Assembly (NCBI GenBank): GCA_052033375.1
Contig: JBPOJQ010000003.1
Location: forward strand, 10,503-74,502
Source: Candidatus Magasanikiibacteriota bacterium
GTDB lineage: Bacteria > Patescibacteriota > Patescibacteriia > Magasanikbacterales > UBA922
Direction: 5' to 3'
Length of the DNA stretch: 64,000 bases
This document shows, in pieces, positions 51,838 through 61,365 of the stretch (position 1 is its first letter; each line of letters starts with the position of its first letter). The position numbers and the translations under genes are program-made. The notes under the pieces are model-generated. The model saw nothing but the letters and a program-made list of their open reading frames with translations, did not search any database and was not told where the DNA came from.

Positions 51838-53847
51838 TTACAATGCCCCTTCACTCAACGTCACAATTTCATCTATTCCATCAAAATCAATATCAAGTGC
51901 TCGCACCTCTACCCCTGGCTTGAATACTGTAGAGTATGCGTCAAATGATTTGTATTTTTCTTTTCCCTCAAGTGAGAATACTCTGACTGTCGGTTTTCCT
52001 CCATATCCTTTTCCTGCAATAATTTCCTGCACCCCATCTCCATCCACATCTCCAGCAGCTACTGACACCCCGCCTGTAAACGATGTTTCAAAAGCTGTAA
52101 ACGAATGTATTTTTTTATACTCATATCCAAATAAAGTGATCGTCGGACGTGCTCCTGCTCCTGACCCAACAATGAGACGGGATGGTACTTTTTCTGTTGC
52201 CTTGGTCAGACTAATGTGATACCCGCCTGTATAGGTATTTCCAAATGGAAAAAAATCATTTGCTAATGTATTCCCATGACGATTGTACGACCGAATTGGT
52301 TCTCGAAAACCTGCGCTCGGCGCTGTATATATTTCATAAAAGCCATCATTATTCAAATCACCCACTGCCACATTCAATGAACCTGTATAATTTGCACCAT
52401 ACGGCATCAATCTGAATAAAATCTGGCCATCATCTCTCCATGCTTGAATTTTATTTCCCATCACCACAATCAATTCTTCAGCTCCATTAAAATCCAAATC
52501 AATGTGAGCAATCTGAGCACCACCTTTGTGTTTCTCCTCAAAAACGAAGAATCCATTTTTTGCCCGCTCGCCATCTGCTCTGAAAAAACGAGCAAAAAAA
52601 CCATTGGTAAACACAATCTGTTTGAGCGTCTGAAATGTCTTGAGTAATATAATTCCATCTTTTGGCGCAAGTGTGACTTCTGCAACAATTGCTCCATTAT
52701 TTATTTCTGTATCCTGCGTACCATGTATTTTTTCATATTCACCACCGAGAGAGACACCTCGCGTCTCGCCTGTACTATTGACAACCGCAATTCCATTTTC
52801 AAATGTTCTACTCCACACGTCTTCGGCATATTTGGATTTTCCTGTCTGCGAGCGTGCAGATCCGAGCGGATCGCCAAGCGATACTCCATATTCATCATAA
52901 TTCCACAGCCGTGCATGATCCTTGTCCCCATAATCAAACGAATAGTAGCCATTTTCAAGCAATGCTGAAGTAAGACCAAAACGCATACTGCGATAATTTT
53001 TTGCATTCTCGACATTTCCTGTATTTGCATTGATAATATTCACTGTTGGTCGATTTCTTGTAAGCTGATTCTCCTGATACACAGACATAATTTCTGACCA
53101 TGGATGATTCTGAAAATTTTCAATCATCTTTCCATTGAGTGATTCAGTATACCCTCGCGTATGCCCATTACCGATAATAATAGGATCACCCGGAGCCTGT
53201 GCGCGAGTATCCTCATATAATTTTTTCATTCCTTCATACCATTTCTGGTCAATACCTGTATCTGGAGACCCGTTGCGATCATAATCTACCCGAGTACCTG
53301 AAAACCATGTGAGATCTTTCCACGCATTATCATAAAATACACCGTCCCATACTCCAGATCCCAAAATTTCTGTAGCAACAAAATGAGACAAGTACTCATT
53401 GAAATTCTTTCCATTATGTTCTGGGGCATTTTCAGCTAGATTGAGCATTGTCGTGCCCTGCCAAAAACTATATGCAGCACCCAGGTCGTTTGCCAGATAC
53501 CACTCGGAAGAAATTCCTCGCGCCAAACGATCACGCATCTTACTCGGACCCCCGAGCGCATCATTTCGAATTTCTTGGGGAGTAATGTATGCAAGCAAAA
53601 TAATCCCCGGATTCAAGCGACGCAATTCACGGAGACGCTCGGGATTGGTCACTTGATTTTCCATATCAAGGACCAAGAGATCCCATTTTGCAAGTTCACG
53701 CATCTCAGCATCCGTAATACTCCATTTCAAAAAATAATTTGCAGTTTTTGGATACGTCTCAGTATATGCAACAGACACACTCACTACAGTGCCATATGCG
53801 CACAGTCCGAGAAACAAAATTGATTGTATGAAACGCGCCAATGTCAT
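51838..53847 (-). CDS. Secreted putative glycoside hydrolase (GHL15-like TIM barrel) with C-terminal FG-GAP repeats
   Basis: LAKWDLLVLD, WDGVFYDN, GKMIE; VAVGDLNNDG, VAAGDVDGDG..EI, DIDFDGIDEI. Confidence 0.75.
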   Translation of the reverse strand: MTLARFIQSILFLGLCAYGTVVSVSVAYTETYPKTANYFLKWSITDAEMRELAKWDLLVLDMENQVTNPERLRELRRLNPGIILLAYITPQEIRNDALGGPSKMRDRLARGISSEWYLANDLGAAYSFWQGTTMLNLAENAPEHNGKNFNEYLSHFVATEILGSGVWDGVFYDNAWKDLTWFSGTRVDYDRNGSPDTGIDQKWYEGMKKLYEDTRAQAPGDPIIIGNGHTRGYTESLNGKMIENFQNHPWSEIMSVYQENQLTRNRPTVNIINANTGNVENAKNYRSMRFGLTSALLENGYYSFDYGDKDHARLWNYDEYGVSLGDPLGSARSQTGKSKYAEDVWSRTFENGIAVVNSTGETRGVSLGGEYEKIHGTQDTEINNGAIVAEVTLAPKDGIILLKTFQTLKQIVFTNGFFARFFRADGERAKNGFFVFEEKHKGGAQIAHIDLDFNGAEELIVVMGNKIQAWRDDGQILFRLMPYGANYTGSLNVAVGDLNNDGFYEIYTAPSAGFREPIRSYNRHGNTLANDFFPFGNTYTGGYHISLTKATEKVPSRLIVGSGAGARPTITLFGYEYKKIHSFTAFETSFTGGVSVAAGDVDGDGVQEIIAGKGYGGKPTVRVFSLEGKEKYKSFDAYSTVFKPGVEVRALDIDFDGIDEIVTLSEGAL

Positions 53848-53850
53848 ACA

Positions 53851-54933
53851 TTAATGAGATGAAACAAATGATGCATATATTTGTGCAATGGCACGATAAT
53901 GATCGTGTATATCGCCCTGTTGCTGTACATACTTCTGTGCTGTCTTTCCGACATTCGATATTTTTTCTGGATTCTCAAGCACCTGTCCAAGCAGACGTTT
54001 CAATTCTTGAACATTGCCTGTTTCGAACAGATACCCTGTGCGTGCATTCTCGATGATCCCCGCCCCCGCAGCAGTGCTTGCAATAACCACCCGACCTGCT
54101 GCCATAGATTCGAGTACTACGAGACTCATACCTTCCCATAACGACGGCTGTAGTACGATATCGATATCTTTGAGGGCCATCGCCATATCACTCTCATATC
54201 CATGCCAGACGATACGATGCGCAATTCCCAGTGCTCGCGCAGTATATTCCAATTCAGACTGAAGACTTCCCTCTCCATACACATGGTACTCCCACGGAAG
54301 ATGCTTTAATTCAGCGAGTGCACGCAATGCGTACACGTGCCCTTTTTGTTCTTCCAATCTTCCAATTGTTGCAAGTGATATATGTGTCGCATCTATTTTT
54401 TTTGTAGTGACTCTGCGCCATTTTTTCGTCTCAACTCCGTTATAGATAATGCGTATTTTTTCTTCAGGAATATTGAAATGGTCACGCGAATATACTGCCA
54501 CCGAATCAGATACGGCCACGACTGCGTCAACTTTTTTCAAACATATTTTCCATATCATACGCTTCATAAACGATGTATGATATTCCACATTATGCACCGT
54601 CGAAATCCAGATAGTCTGAGGGTATATCCGTTTCCATGCATATCCAATGATGTCACCCCCCATCAGATGGGTGTGAATGATATCTGGCTTGATGCGCAAC
54701 AACTCACGTTTCAAAAATTTCCACACACCCCACCGTCCCCCATGCACCTTCCGACTTCCCACAATCAATCGCGCTTTTGTCTGCTCGAACAATGGACGCA
54801 ATGCACCGTCATCGACACTACTCATCACATATACTGAAAAATCTTTTTTGCTAAATTCTTGTGCATACTGCAACACCAGACGTTCAGCGCCACCTGGATA
54901 TAATCGTGGAATGACTTGTACAATCGTGGTCAT
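53851..54933 (-). CDS. Glycosyltransferase family 4
   Basis: GGAER, PDIIHTH, GRLEEQKG, WEGMSLVVLESM. Start MTTIVQ. Confidence 0.92.
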   Translation of the reverse strand: MTTIVQVIPRLYPGGAERLVLQYAQEFSKKDFSVYVMSSVDDGALRPLFEQTKARLIVGSRKVHGGRWGVWKFLKRELLRIKPDIIHTHLMGGDIIGYAWKRIYPQTIWISTVHNVEYHTSFMKRMIWKICLKKVDAVVAVSDSVAVYSRDHFNIPEEKIRIIYNGVETKKWRRVTTKKIDATHISLATIGRLEEQKGHVYALRALAELKHLPWEYHVYGEGSLQSELEYTARALGIAHRIVWHGYESDMAMALKDIDIVLQPSLWEGMSLVVLESMAAGRVVIASTAAGAGIIENARTGYLFETGNVQELKRLLGQVLENPEKISNVGKTAQKYVQQQGDIHDHYRAIAQIYASFVSSH

Positions 54934-54940
54934 AAATCTA

Positions 54941-56422
54941 TTAGGTAATCTCGGTATCGATTTTATATTTATTTGGTCTGAAATGAGTATAAAATGCATC
55001 TCCTTCGCGTTCATGGCGATACAGCACATGCGCCGATATCGCCAACATCAATGGCACCCACATACGCGCTGAATAATATTGGGTATTAAACAGTTGAAAA
55101 AATAAAGGGGCGATAATAAGACACAGACACAAATGTGCAACCGCGCGAGCCTCGAGAGTATATTCTTTTGATTTGATACGCGCGTATACCGAGGATATAA
55201 GTATACCAATAAATAACCCAAATGTAGCGACCCCTACGATCCCCTGTTCGGATAAAATTTTCATGAGAATACTATGTGCATCAATTGGATCGCCAAATTC
55301 ATATGTAAAATAACGTACATCTTCCAATCGTCCAACGAAGGTCCCCACTCCTTGTCCAAACAATGGATGTTCTAGAAAAAAATTCCAGGCGACTTCTGTC
55401 AGCGTGATACGTGCACTATTCGAAGACGAGACGACAGCGCTCTGCAAAAGCATACCCATATATACCCCCGCAGGAATAAAAAATATAAGTATACCAATCA
55501 TATAGCCTCTTATTTTTTTCCATTTGATATGTGATCGAAATATATACAGTGCAAGTACTCCCTCGACAATAAGCGTAAGCCAACTTGCCCGAGAAAAGGT
55601 AAGAAACGCAGTAACGCCACAGATAATACTCGCACAAATATACACAAGCCTGCGCACATCAGTCTTTGCAGCATAGGCAAGATATATTGCAATTGGCAAC
55701 GCCACCACCAGCACTTCGGCAAGCAAAATATGGCCACTAAAGACATCATAATTAAATGGTTGCCAACCGAATACTGAAATCGGCACGGCACGCGCAATGC
55801 TTCCGCTTCCCCCGACGACAAAAGATAGTAGCCCCAATAGTGCACCAATAACACCCATCCACACTACCACTTCGAGTGCATGGGATAGTGTTTTTTTGGT
55901 ACGTATAATATTTGCACCCAAAACCACGTATGCAATATACACAAATACGATAAATCGTATGGTGTAAGAAATACTCGGCTGCAATTCCCATCCTCCCACA
56001 TTCATCAATGATACTGCGGCAGATGCTACAAACAATCCATACCATGTAATCTCTGGAAGATTAATCCGATGTTTTTCTCCATATAACCATTTGCGTATTA
56101 AATAGAATATATATGAGCCAACCATAAGTAGTGCCCACATATCGACCATTGGCGCATACAATTCGAATATTTCAGAAGATGATCCAAGTATTCCACGAAA
56201 TATGTCGGCATGAAATTCCCACCCAATAAGTGGATAGAGAATAAGCAGAATATAGAGGCCTGCTTCCAGATGGTACGAAAAAAATAACATAACCAAACAT
56301 ATCAACAGTCCCAAGACCGCTATATTTCCCTTGAGCATCAACGCAAGTAGTATCAGAGCTATGAGCGCACCCACTCCAAATATTCCTGAAAATTTTGATG
56401 TTTCAGACTGAGGAATACTCAT
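54941..56422 (-). CDS. O-antigen ligase / polymerase family membrane protein
   Basis: TFSRASW, R...HPLFGQGVGTF, DAHS...EQGIVG. Confidence 0.88.
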   Translation of the reverse strand: MSIPQSETSKFSGIFGVGALIALILLALMLKGNIAVLGLLICLVMLFFSYHLEAGLYILLILYPLIGWEFHADIFRGILGSSSEIFELYAPMVDMWALLMVGSYIFYLIRKWLYGEKHRINLPEITWYGLFVASAAVSLMNVGGWELQPSISYTIRFIVFVYIAYVVLGANIIRTKKTLSHALEVVVWMGVIGALLGLLSFVVGGSGSIARAVPISVFGWQPFNYDVFSGHILLAEVLVVALPIAIYLAYAAKTDVRRLVYICASIICGVTAFLTFSRASWLTLIVEGVLALYIFRSHIKWKKIRGYMIGILIFFIPAGVYMGMLLQSAVVSSSNSARITLTEVAWNFFLEHPLFGQGVGTFVGRLEDVRYFTYEFGDPIDAHSILMKILSEQGIVGVATFGLFIGILISSVYARIKSKEYTLEARAVAHLCLCLIIAPLFFQLFNTQYYSARMWVPLMLAISAHVLYRHEREGDAFYTHFRPNKYKIDTEIT

Positions 56423-57501
56423 ACACTGGTGGTAGTAATCTTACGATATATGTCCTCATACGCCTTTGACATAGTCTCTACGCTCCCCCTTTTCTCCACC
56501 CACCGCTTTCCTTGGACTGCTATTTTTTTTGCCAGAATTGGATTCGAGATATATTCTCGGATGGCTTGTGCGAGCTGTCGACTGTCCTCTGCTTCGACCA
56601 ATACACCATTTTCTCTATCACTAATAATTTCGGGGATACCCCCGACACGGGAAGCGATTACGAGCCGGCCTGATGCCAATGCTTCGAGGATGACGATTCC
56701 CAGCCCCTCCCACCGCGAAGGAGCGAGCACTATATCTGCGTCTGCATATGCCGCGGCAGCATTCTCGGTTGCTGGTTTCCACATCACACGATCACCCAAT
56801 CCTAATTCTTTGGCATACTGCATGAGTTGTTCTTTTTTTTCTCCCTCACCCACTATTGTCAACATGCATGGGATATCAGTAATTTTTTGTAGTGCCTCAA
56901 GCGCACGCGCGTGTCCTTTTTGTTCTACCACTCTTCCAATCATGAGTAATTTATATGGCGATGCAAAAGATGCGGGGGGGATTTTGGCAAAATGCGCTAA
57001 TTCAATACCATGCATAATCACTCGAGTATGTTCGGGTGCAATCCCATACGCAATTTTCATGTATTCTCGGACAGCATGTGACGGCGCCGTGTACACGCGA
57101 GAATAATTTTTCATTACACGTTTGATTCTTCCCCAGAGCCACGATTCTTGTAAATTAATATTATGTTCAGTTGTGACTACAGGAATATCCACTGACTTTG
57201 CAGCCAGTCTACCCCACAAATCTGCACTAAAAAGATGTGTATGTACTACATCAGCCCCCATACCACGGAGCATCTGTGCCAGTTTTTTTCTGCGACTCAG
57301 ATACCCGATGTGATCTAGCGGAAACACGCTACATGCAACAGTGGATGGTAATTCCCGAGCAAGCGGACGATCATCCCAGAGTGTAATCACTGACTGACGA
57401 ATATATTTTGATGATATGTGTTTTGCAAGCGATACCACAAAACGCTCGGCTCCTCCGAAACCAAGTCTAGGAATAATATGCACGACGTGTATTTGTTTCA
57501 T
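56419..57501 (-). CDS. Glycosyltransferase family 4
   Basis: GGAER, DVVHTH, GRVVEQKG, WEGLGIVILEAL, VGGIPE. Confidence 0.92.
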   Translation of the reverse strand: MKQIHVVHIIPRLGFGGAERFVVSLAKHISSKYIRQSVITLWDDRPLARELPSTVACSVFPLDHIGYLSRRKKLAQMLRGMGADVVHTHLFSADLWGRLAAKSVDIPVVTTEHNINLQESWLWGRIKRVMKNYSRVYTAPSHAVREYMKIAYGIAPEHTRVIMHGIELAHFAKIPPASFASPYKLLMIGRVVEQKGHARALEALQKITDIPCMLTIVGEGEKKEQLMQYAKELGLGDRVMWKPATENAAAAYADADIVLAPSRWEGLGIVILEALASGRLVIASRVGGIPEIISDRENGVLVEAEDSRQLAQAIREYISNPILAKKIAVQGKRWVEKRGSVETMSKAYEDIYRKITTTSV

Positions 57502-57560
57502 ACAATTTCATCTAAGTATATCATATGCAGAAGAAAAATTAAAAAGAAAAAATAACAAAC

Positions 57561-57765
57561 AAAAAACCGCATAGTGCGGTTATTCTAGCGTGCCCTTCTA
57601 CTCTATCTTCAAGATAATACTTGAATTCAGAGTAGAGGGGAGGAAGCGGTCGCTGTAGTAGCGAGCGCACTTCCCCCAGTTTGTGTGATTGTCTTCGAAC
57701 ATTCACCTACAGAAGCGAATCACACGTTCACTTCGAGATGCTCCTGCAGTCGTCGCAGAAGAAGT
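57561..57765 (-). terminator. 3' trailer of four hairpins ending in an intrinsic terminator
   Basis: Stems at 57730-57765, 57683-57725, 57642-57674 and 57593-57640; terminator AACCGCA/TGCGGTT plus T-run (57561-57581). Confidence 0.75.
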
Positions 57766-57766
57766 T

Positions 57767-59815
57767 CTAGGGTGCCGCGGGGCATCCCAGGTCGTTGTCA
57801 CCGTTCTCGTCGGAGAGCCACAGGTTGCCCGGCGGAGCGCCGTCGCATGCCTGCGGATCACGAACCTCGAAGTCGTTCGCCTTCGTGACACCATTGACCA
57901 TGACGGTCAGGGTGGACTTCGAGGGGAACCCCGGGTTGCAGTCCCAGAACAAGTTCGTGCTCGGACGGTTGACGGCGATGTCGACGCCCCAGCTGCATGC
58001 GAGCGTCTTCGGCAAGGTCCCGTCGAAGGGCATGTTGCCGGAGATCGTCGTCCCGTTGTAGTAGAAATTGACCTGCCAGGTCTCCGACGTGTCGGTCGAC
58101 GAGACCTGCACGCGGACACCTTCCACGTGCTGGCAGACGAGCTCGACGCAGGTGTCGTAGGTCAGGGGATTGCTGTCGTTGCAATCCGCGTTGACCGTGC
58201 AGTTCCCCGTCGGCGTGTACACGCAACCCGTCGCCGGATCGCAGGTGTCGGTGGTGTTGGAGTTCCCGTCGTTGCACACCACCGCGGTGTGCTGCACCCC
58301 CATCTCGGGATCGCACGCGTCGATGGTGCAGGCGTTGTTGTCGTTCGTCGTCACCGCCATGTGTTGGCAGGTGTTTGCCGAACAACTGTCGATCGTGCAG
58401 ACGCTTCCGTCATCGCACGTGAGCGGCGTACCCGCGACGCACCCGGAAGCCGGGTTGCACGTCTCGGTGCCGTTGCATGCGTTCCCATCGTCGCAGACGA
58501 TCGCGACGTGTGTGACCGCGCCGGTCTCGGGATCGCACGCGTCGATGGTGCAGGCGTTGTTGTCGTTCACCGGATCGACCTTCTGCGCCATGCACTGTCC
58601 ATTGACGGGATTGCACGTGAGGCCTCCGCAGAGGTCCCCGCCGCAGTCCTTCTCGACGTGGGTGACCACGCCGGTCTCGGGATCGCACGAATCGATCGTG
58701 CAGTTGTCCCCGTCGGTCAGGACCTTCCAGCCCGTCTCGACGCACACATGTTCCGCGCACGCCATCTCGGTGACGCACGCGGTGGTGGGCTCGCAGTCGT
58801 CGTCGTCTGCGCATTCGCACGCCTCGGACGGCATGAACGCGTACTCGCAGACGCCCTGCAAGTTGCAGGTGTCGGTGGTGCACGTGTCGCCGTCGTCGCA
58901 CTCGGCCCCCTCACCTTCCGAATCGCAGTACACGAGACACGAGAGGTTCGGCAGATCCCAGGGCAACACGTCGGGGTAGAGGTCTCCGTCGCAGTCGACG
59001 TCGCAGACGTCGCCCATGCTGTCCTCGTCCATGTCCTCCTGCCCCGCGTTCTTGAAGCGGGGGCAATTGTCCTCGCCCTCGCAGATGGGCATCACCAGCG
59101 CGTTTCGCGGCATCGAGACGGGGGCAGCTTCGTCGCAGAAGCTGTCGTTGTCGTCGTCGGTGTCGCAGACGTCGCCCCAATCGTCGCCGTCCAGGTTCGC
59201 CTGGTCGGGGTTGACGTTGTCGGGGCAGTTGTCGACGGGGTTCAAGACCCCGTCGCCGTCGACGTCGTTGTCGCAGACGTCTCCGACGAAATCGTCGTCC
59301 AGGTTCGCCTGGTCGGGGTTCGGATCGGCGGGGCAGTTGTCCTCGCCCGCACACATCTCGACCTGACCCGGATGGGATTTCTCCCACCCGTCCTCGTCGA
59401 GCCAGGGGTCGCAGAAGCCGTCGTTGTCGTTATCGTTGTCGCAGACGTCTCCGAAGAGATCCCCGACCACGGTGACGTTGCCGTCGGCACCGGCCAGGAC
59501 CTGGTCCAGGTTCGCCTGGTCGGGGTTCGGATCGGCGGGGCAGTTGTCGACGGGGTTCAAGACCCCGTCGCCGTCGCGATCGGTGTCGCAGACGTCGCCC
59601 ATGCCGTCGCCGTCGGTGTCCACCTGGTCGGGGTTGTACCACCCCAAGCAGTTGTCGCGGTTGTCCGCGACGTCGTCACCGTCGGTGTCCGCGGCCTTCG
59701 TGAAGCCGAGCCCGCCGTCGTTGCCGGATTCGTCATACGCACACGCCGCCATGAACCCCATGGCAAGGGCACCCAAGATGCAGAGCACCCGGGTGTTGTT
59801 GTTCTTCAGACGCAT
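57767..59815 (-). CDS. Lipoprotein with thrombospondin type-3 Ca-binding repeats, Cys-rich CDDGNxCT repeats and a conserved C-terminal domain
   Basis: GGAGG SD; signal ending MAA-C; DNCPxxxNPDQxxxDxDxxGDVCD repeats; NACTIDACDP repeats; two hand-counted 60-nt lines gave 62% and 65% GC. Confidence 0.92.
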   Translation of the reverse strand: MRLKNNNTRVLCILGALAMGFMAACAYDESGNDGGLGFTKAADTDGDDVADNRDNCLGWYNPDQVDTDGDGMGDVCDTDRDGDGVLNPVDNCPADPNPDQANLDQVLAGADGNVTVVGDLFGDVCDNDNDNDGFCDPWLDEDGWEKSHPGQVEMCAGEDNCPADPNPDQANLDDDFVGDVCDNDVDGDGVLNPVDNCPDNVNPDQANLDGDDWGDVCDTDDDNDSFCDEAAPVSMPRNALVMPICEGEDNCPRFKNAGQEDMDEDSMGDVCDVDCDGDLYPDVLPWDLPNLSCLVYCDSEGEGAECDDGDTCTTDTCNLQGVCEYAFMPSEACECADDDDCEPTTACVTEMACAEHVCVETGWKVLTDGDNCTIDSCDPETGVVTHVEKDCGGDLCGGLTCNPVNGQCMAQKVDPVNDNNACTIDACDPETGAVTHVAIVCDDGNACNGTETCNPASGCVAGTPLTCDDGSVCTIDSCSANTCQHMAVTTNDNNACTIDACDPEMGVQHTAVVCNDGNSNTTDTCDPATGCVYTPTGNCTVNADCNDSNPLTYDTCVELVCQHVEGVRVQVSSTDTSETWQVNFYYNGTTISGNMPFDGTLPKTLACSWGVDIAVNRPSTNLFWDCNPGFPSKSTLTVMVNGVTKANDFEVRDPQACDGAPPGNLWLSDENGDNDLGCPAAP
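58303..59576. repeat. Exact intragenic DNA repeats
   Basis: 44 nt at 58303 and 58525; 41 nt at 59221 and 59536; 45 nt at 59297 and 59504. Confidence 0.85.
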
Positions 59816-59868
59816 TTGGCCTTCCTCCGTAGTGTGAGGCCGTTGAACTCCAGCAGTGACACTGTGTC

Positions 59869-60031
59869 TCAGCTAGAGGGTGGCTATCGATACAAGATAT
59901 GTTGCATATATCAGTATCTGCACCCATCCTCTAGCTGAACATAGAACTTATGTGATTATAATGAACATACACACTTGAGAATGATTCTCCAGTGGCGCAT
60001 ACCAGATACCTCTCTAGATATCCGATATGCG
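59869..60031 (-). other. Structured 5' leader of the TSP3 lipoprotein gene
   Basis: Long hairpin at 59869-59938; 15-bp stem at 59996-60031 whose three mismatches are all G-U on the minus strand. Confidence 0.75.
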
Positions 60032-60047
60032 TGGACACAATCGTACC

Positions 60048-60076
60048 AACATATCAAGAAAAGAGTATTTTGTCAA
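60048..60076 (-). promoter_or_regulatory. sigma70-type promoter
   Basis: Minus strand TTGACA-17 nt-TATGTT with extended TGn. Confidence 0.7.
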
Positions 60077-60100
60077 TATAATTCTATAAAGTGAATTAGT

Positions 60101-60158
60101 GGTGCTCGCGAAAGGAGGCGGCATAGCGTATACGCCATCCTACCCTTCGCGAGACACC
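60101..60158 (-). other. Long 3' hairpin just after the stop codon
   Basis: CTCGCGAAGGG/CCTTTCGCGAG and TGGCGTA/TATGCCG with G-U pairs on the minus strand. Confidence 0.7.
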
Positions 60159-60164
60159 CGCCCC

Positions 60165-60902
60165 TCAGTCACATGCGAGCTGTGCCTGCAGGAAGTAGAG
60201 ATCCCCCTCTCCCTTCCCACCGCACGCAGTGTTGGGGACCTCCCATCCGAGATCCGCGGCAAAATAACCGAATGCCTCTGCACCGTCGATCTCGACCGCG
60301 ATATCCCTCTTCGAGGGAAGACCATCGTTGCATCCCCAGTATGTCCCTGGAAACTCCTGGTCCTCTACCGCGAGAGTGAGCATGCCGTTTTCGACGCAGA
60401 GATCCATCTTCCGGATCTCGAAGCTCGAGTTCATGGGATAGGTCTCTGGCTCGGTGTGATTCCCATACCAGAGCTTCACCTTCCCCGGACGCTCTGCGCG
60501 TACGGTGAAATGAGTCACCCGGTGTACACTGGAGCATGCCCCAGTGTCGGGGACGCACTCGTCATCCGTCCAGCGATTCCCATCGTCGCAGTCGATTGCT
60601 CGATTACGACATGTGCCCTGGATGCAGACATCGATCGTGCACATGTCGCCATCATCGCAGGGGTTTCCCTCTGCAATGAACTCCTCGATGTCGCACTCAC
60701 TGGGCGACGCCGGAGGAAGCTCGATCTCGTACCGATCACGGATGACCCGCGAATCAGCATCTTCGACTTCCTGGAGTATATCCTCGATCCCCGTCGACGT
60801 ATCGACCTGGATCATGGTCGTACCCCTCTGTCTCATGTCCTCGATGCACGCAGTCGTAATCACGAAGTAACAGACGCACAAACGAAACATCTTAGAAAGC
60901 AT
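60165..60902 (-). CDS. Putative lipoprotein with two CDDG Cys repeats and the conserved C-terminal domain
   Basis: GAGGGG then ATG 60902; signal ending TTA-C; CDDGDMCTIDVC, CDDGNRWTDDEC. Confidence 0.82.
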   Translation of the reverse strand: MLSKMFRLCVCYFVITTACIEDMRQRGTTMIQVDTSTGIEDILQEVEDADSRVIRDRYEIELPPASPSECDIEEFIAEGNPCDDGDMCTIDVCIQGTCRNRAIDCDDGNRWTDDECVPDTGACSSVHRVTHFTVRAERPGKVKLWYGNHTEPETYPMNSSFEIRKMDLCVENGMLTLAVEDQEFPGTYWGCNDGLPSKRDIAVEIDGAEAFGYFAADLGWEVPNTACGGKGEGDLYFLQAQLACD

Positions 60903-61365
60903 GTGTCCCCTCACGTATTGGTATGAACTGGCGTGTAGAATTCCTCTACCGTTGATATACCATCATCATATGGATATACCCAAGGTAATGGAATTTAAAA
61001 AACCCGTGGATACGGGTTTTTCCCGCGTAAAAGTCGATCTTCTCCGCGGCTCATTTTCGTAACCCGCTTCATAGTAAAGCAGATACACCATTGTACCATA
61101 CCACACACAGGTGTTGTATGACTGGGTCAGCATAGTATGCCTATTCTGACCGTGTTATTTCCCACATCTCTTTACCAATACTCACTAGTCGCTCACTGTA
61201 ATCTGAGTTCTGAATTTTGATAAAGATATGTTGGAATGGGAGAGGGGCTCGTCAATGAATCGTTTGCACGATCCACTGAACGCTAGGCCCCGCTCCCGCA
61301 ACTTGTACCATAGTGAACCCTGAGTCTTGTTGCTAAACTACTCAGGGTACGTACCGATATGTCCT
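60903..61365 (-). other. About 460-nt spacer tiled by roughly eight hairpins (candidate structured RNA)
   Basis: Includes TCAGTGGATCGT-GCAA-ACGATTCATTGA (61252-61279, minus strand), ACCCTGAGT/ACTCAGGGT, GGTCAG/CTGACC, AAAAACCCGT/ACGGGTTTTT. Confidence 0.75.

Noticed and set aside
819-57313. Numerous 60-225 aa ORFs overlapping the glycan and envelope genes
   Set aside because: They are antisense or alternate-frame shadows of well-supported genes and carry no motifs.
58303-59576. Diversity-generating retroelement or CRISPR-like repeats
   Set aside because: The repeats are exact, in-frame protein modules with no adenine-specific mismatches and no regular spacer pattern. No RT or cas gene is present.
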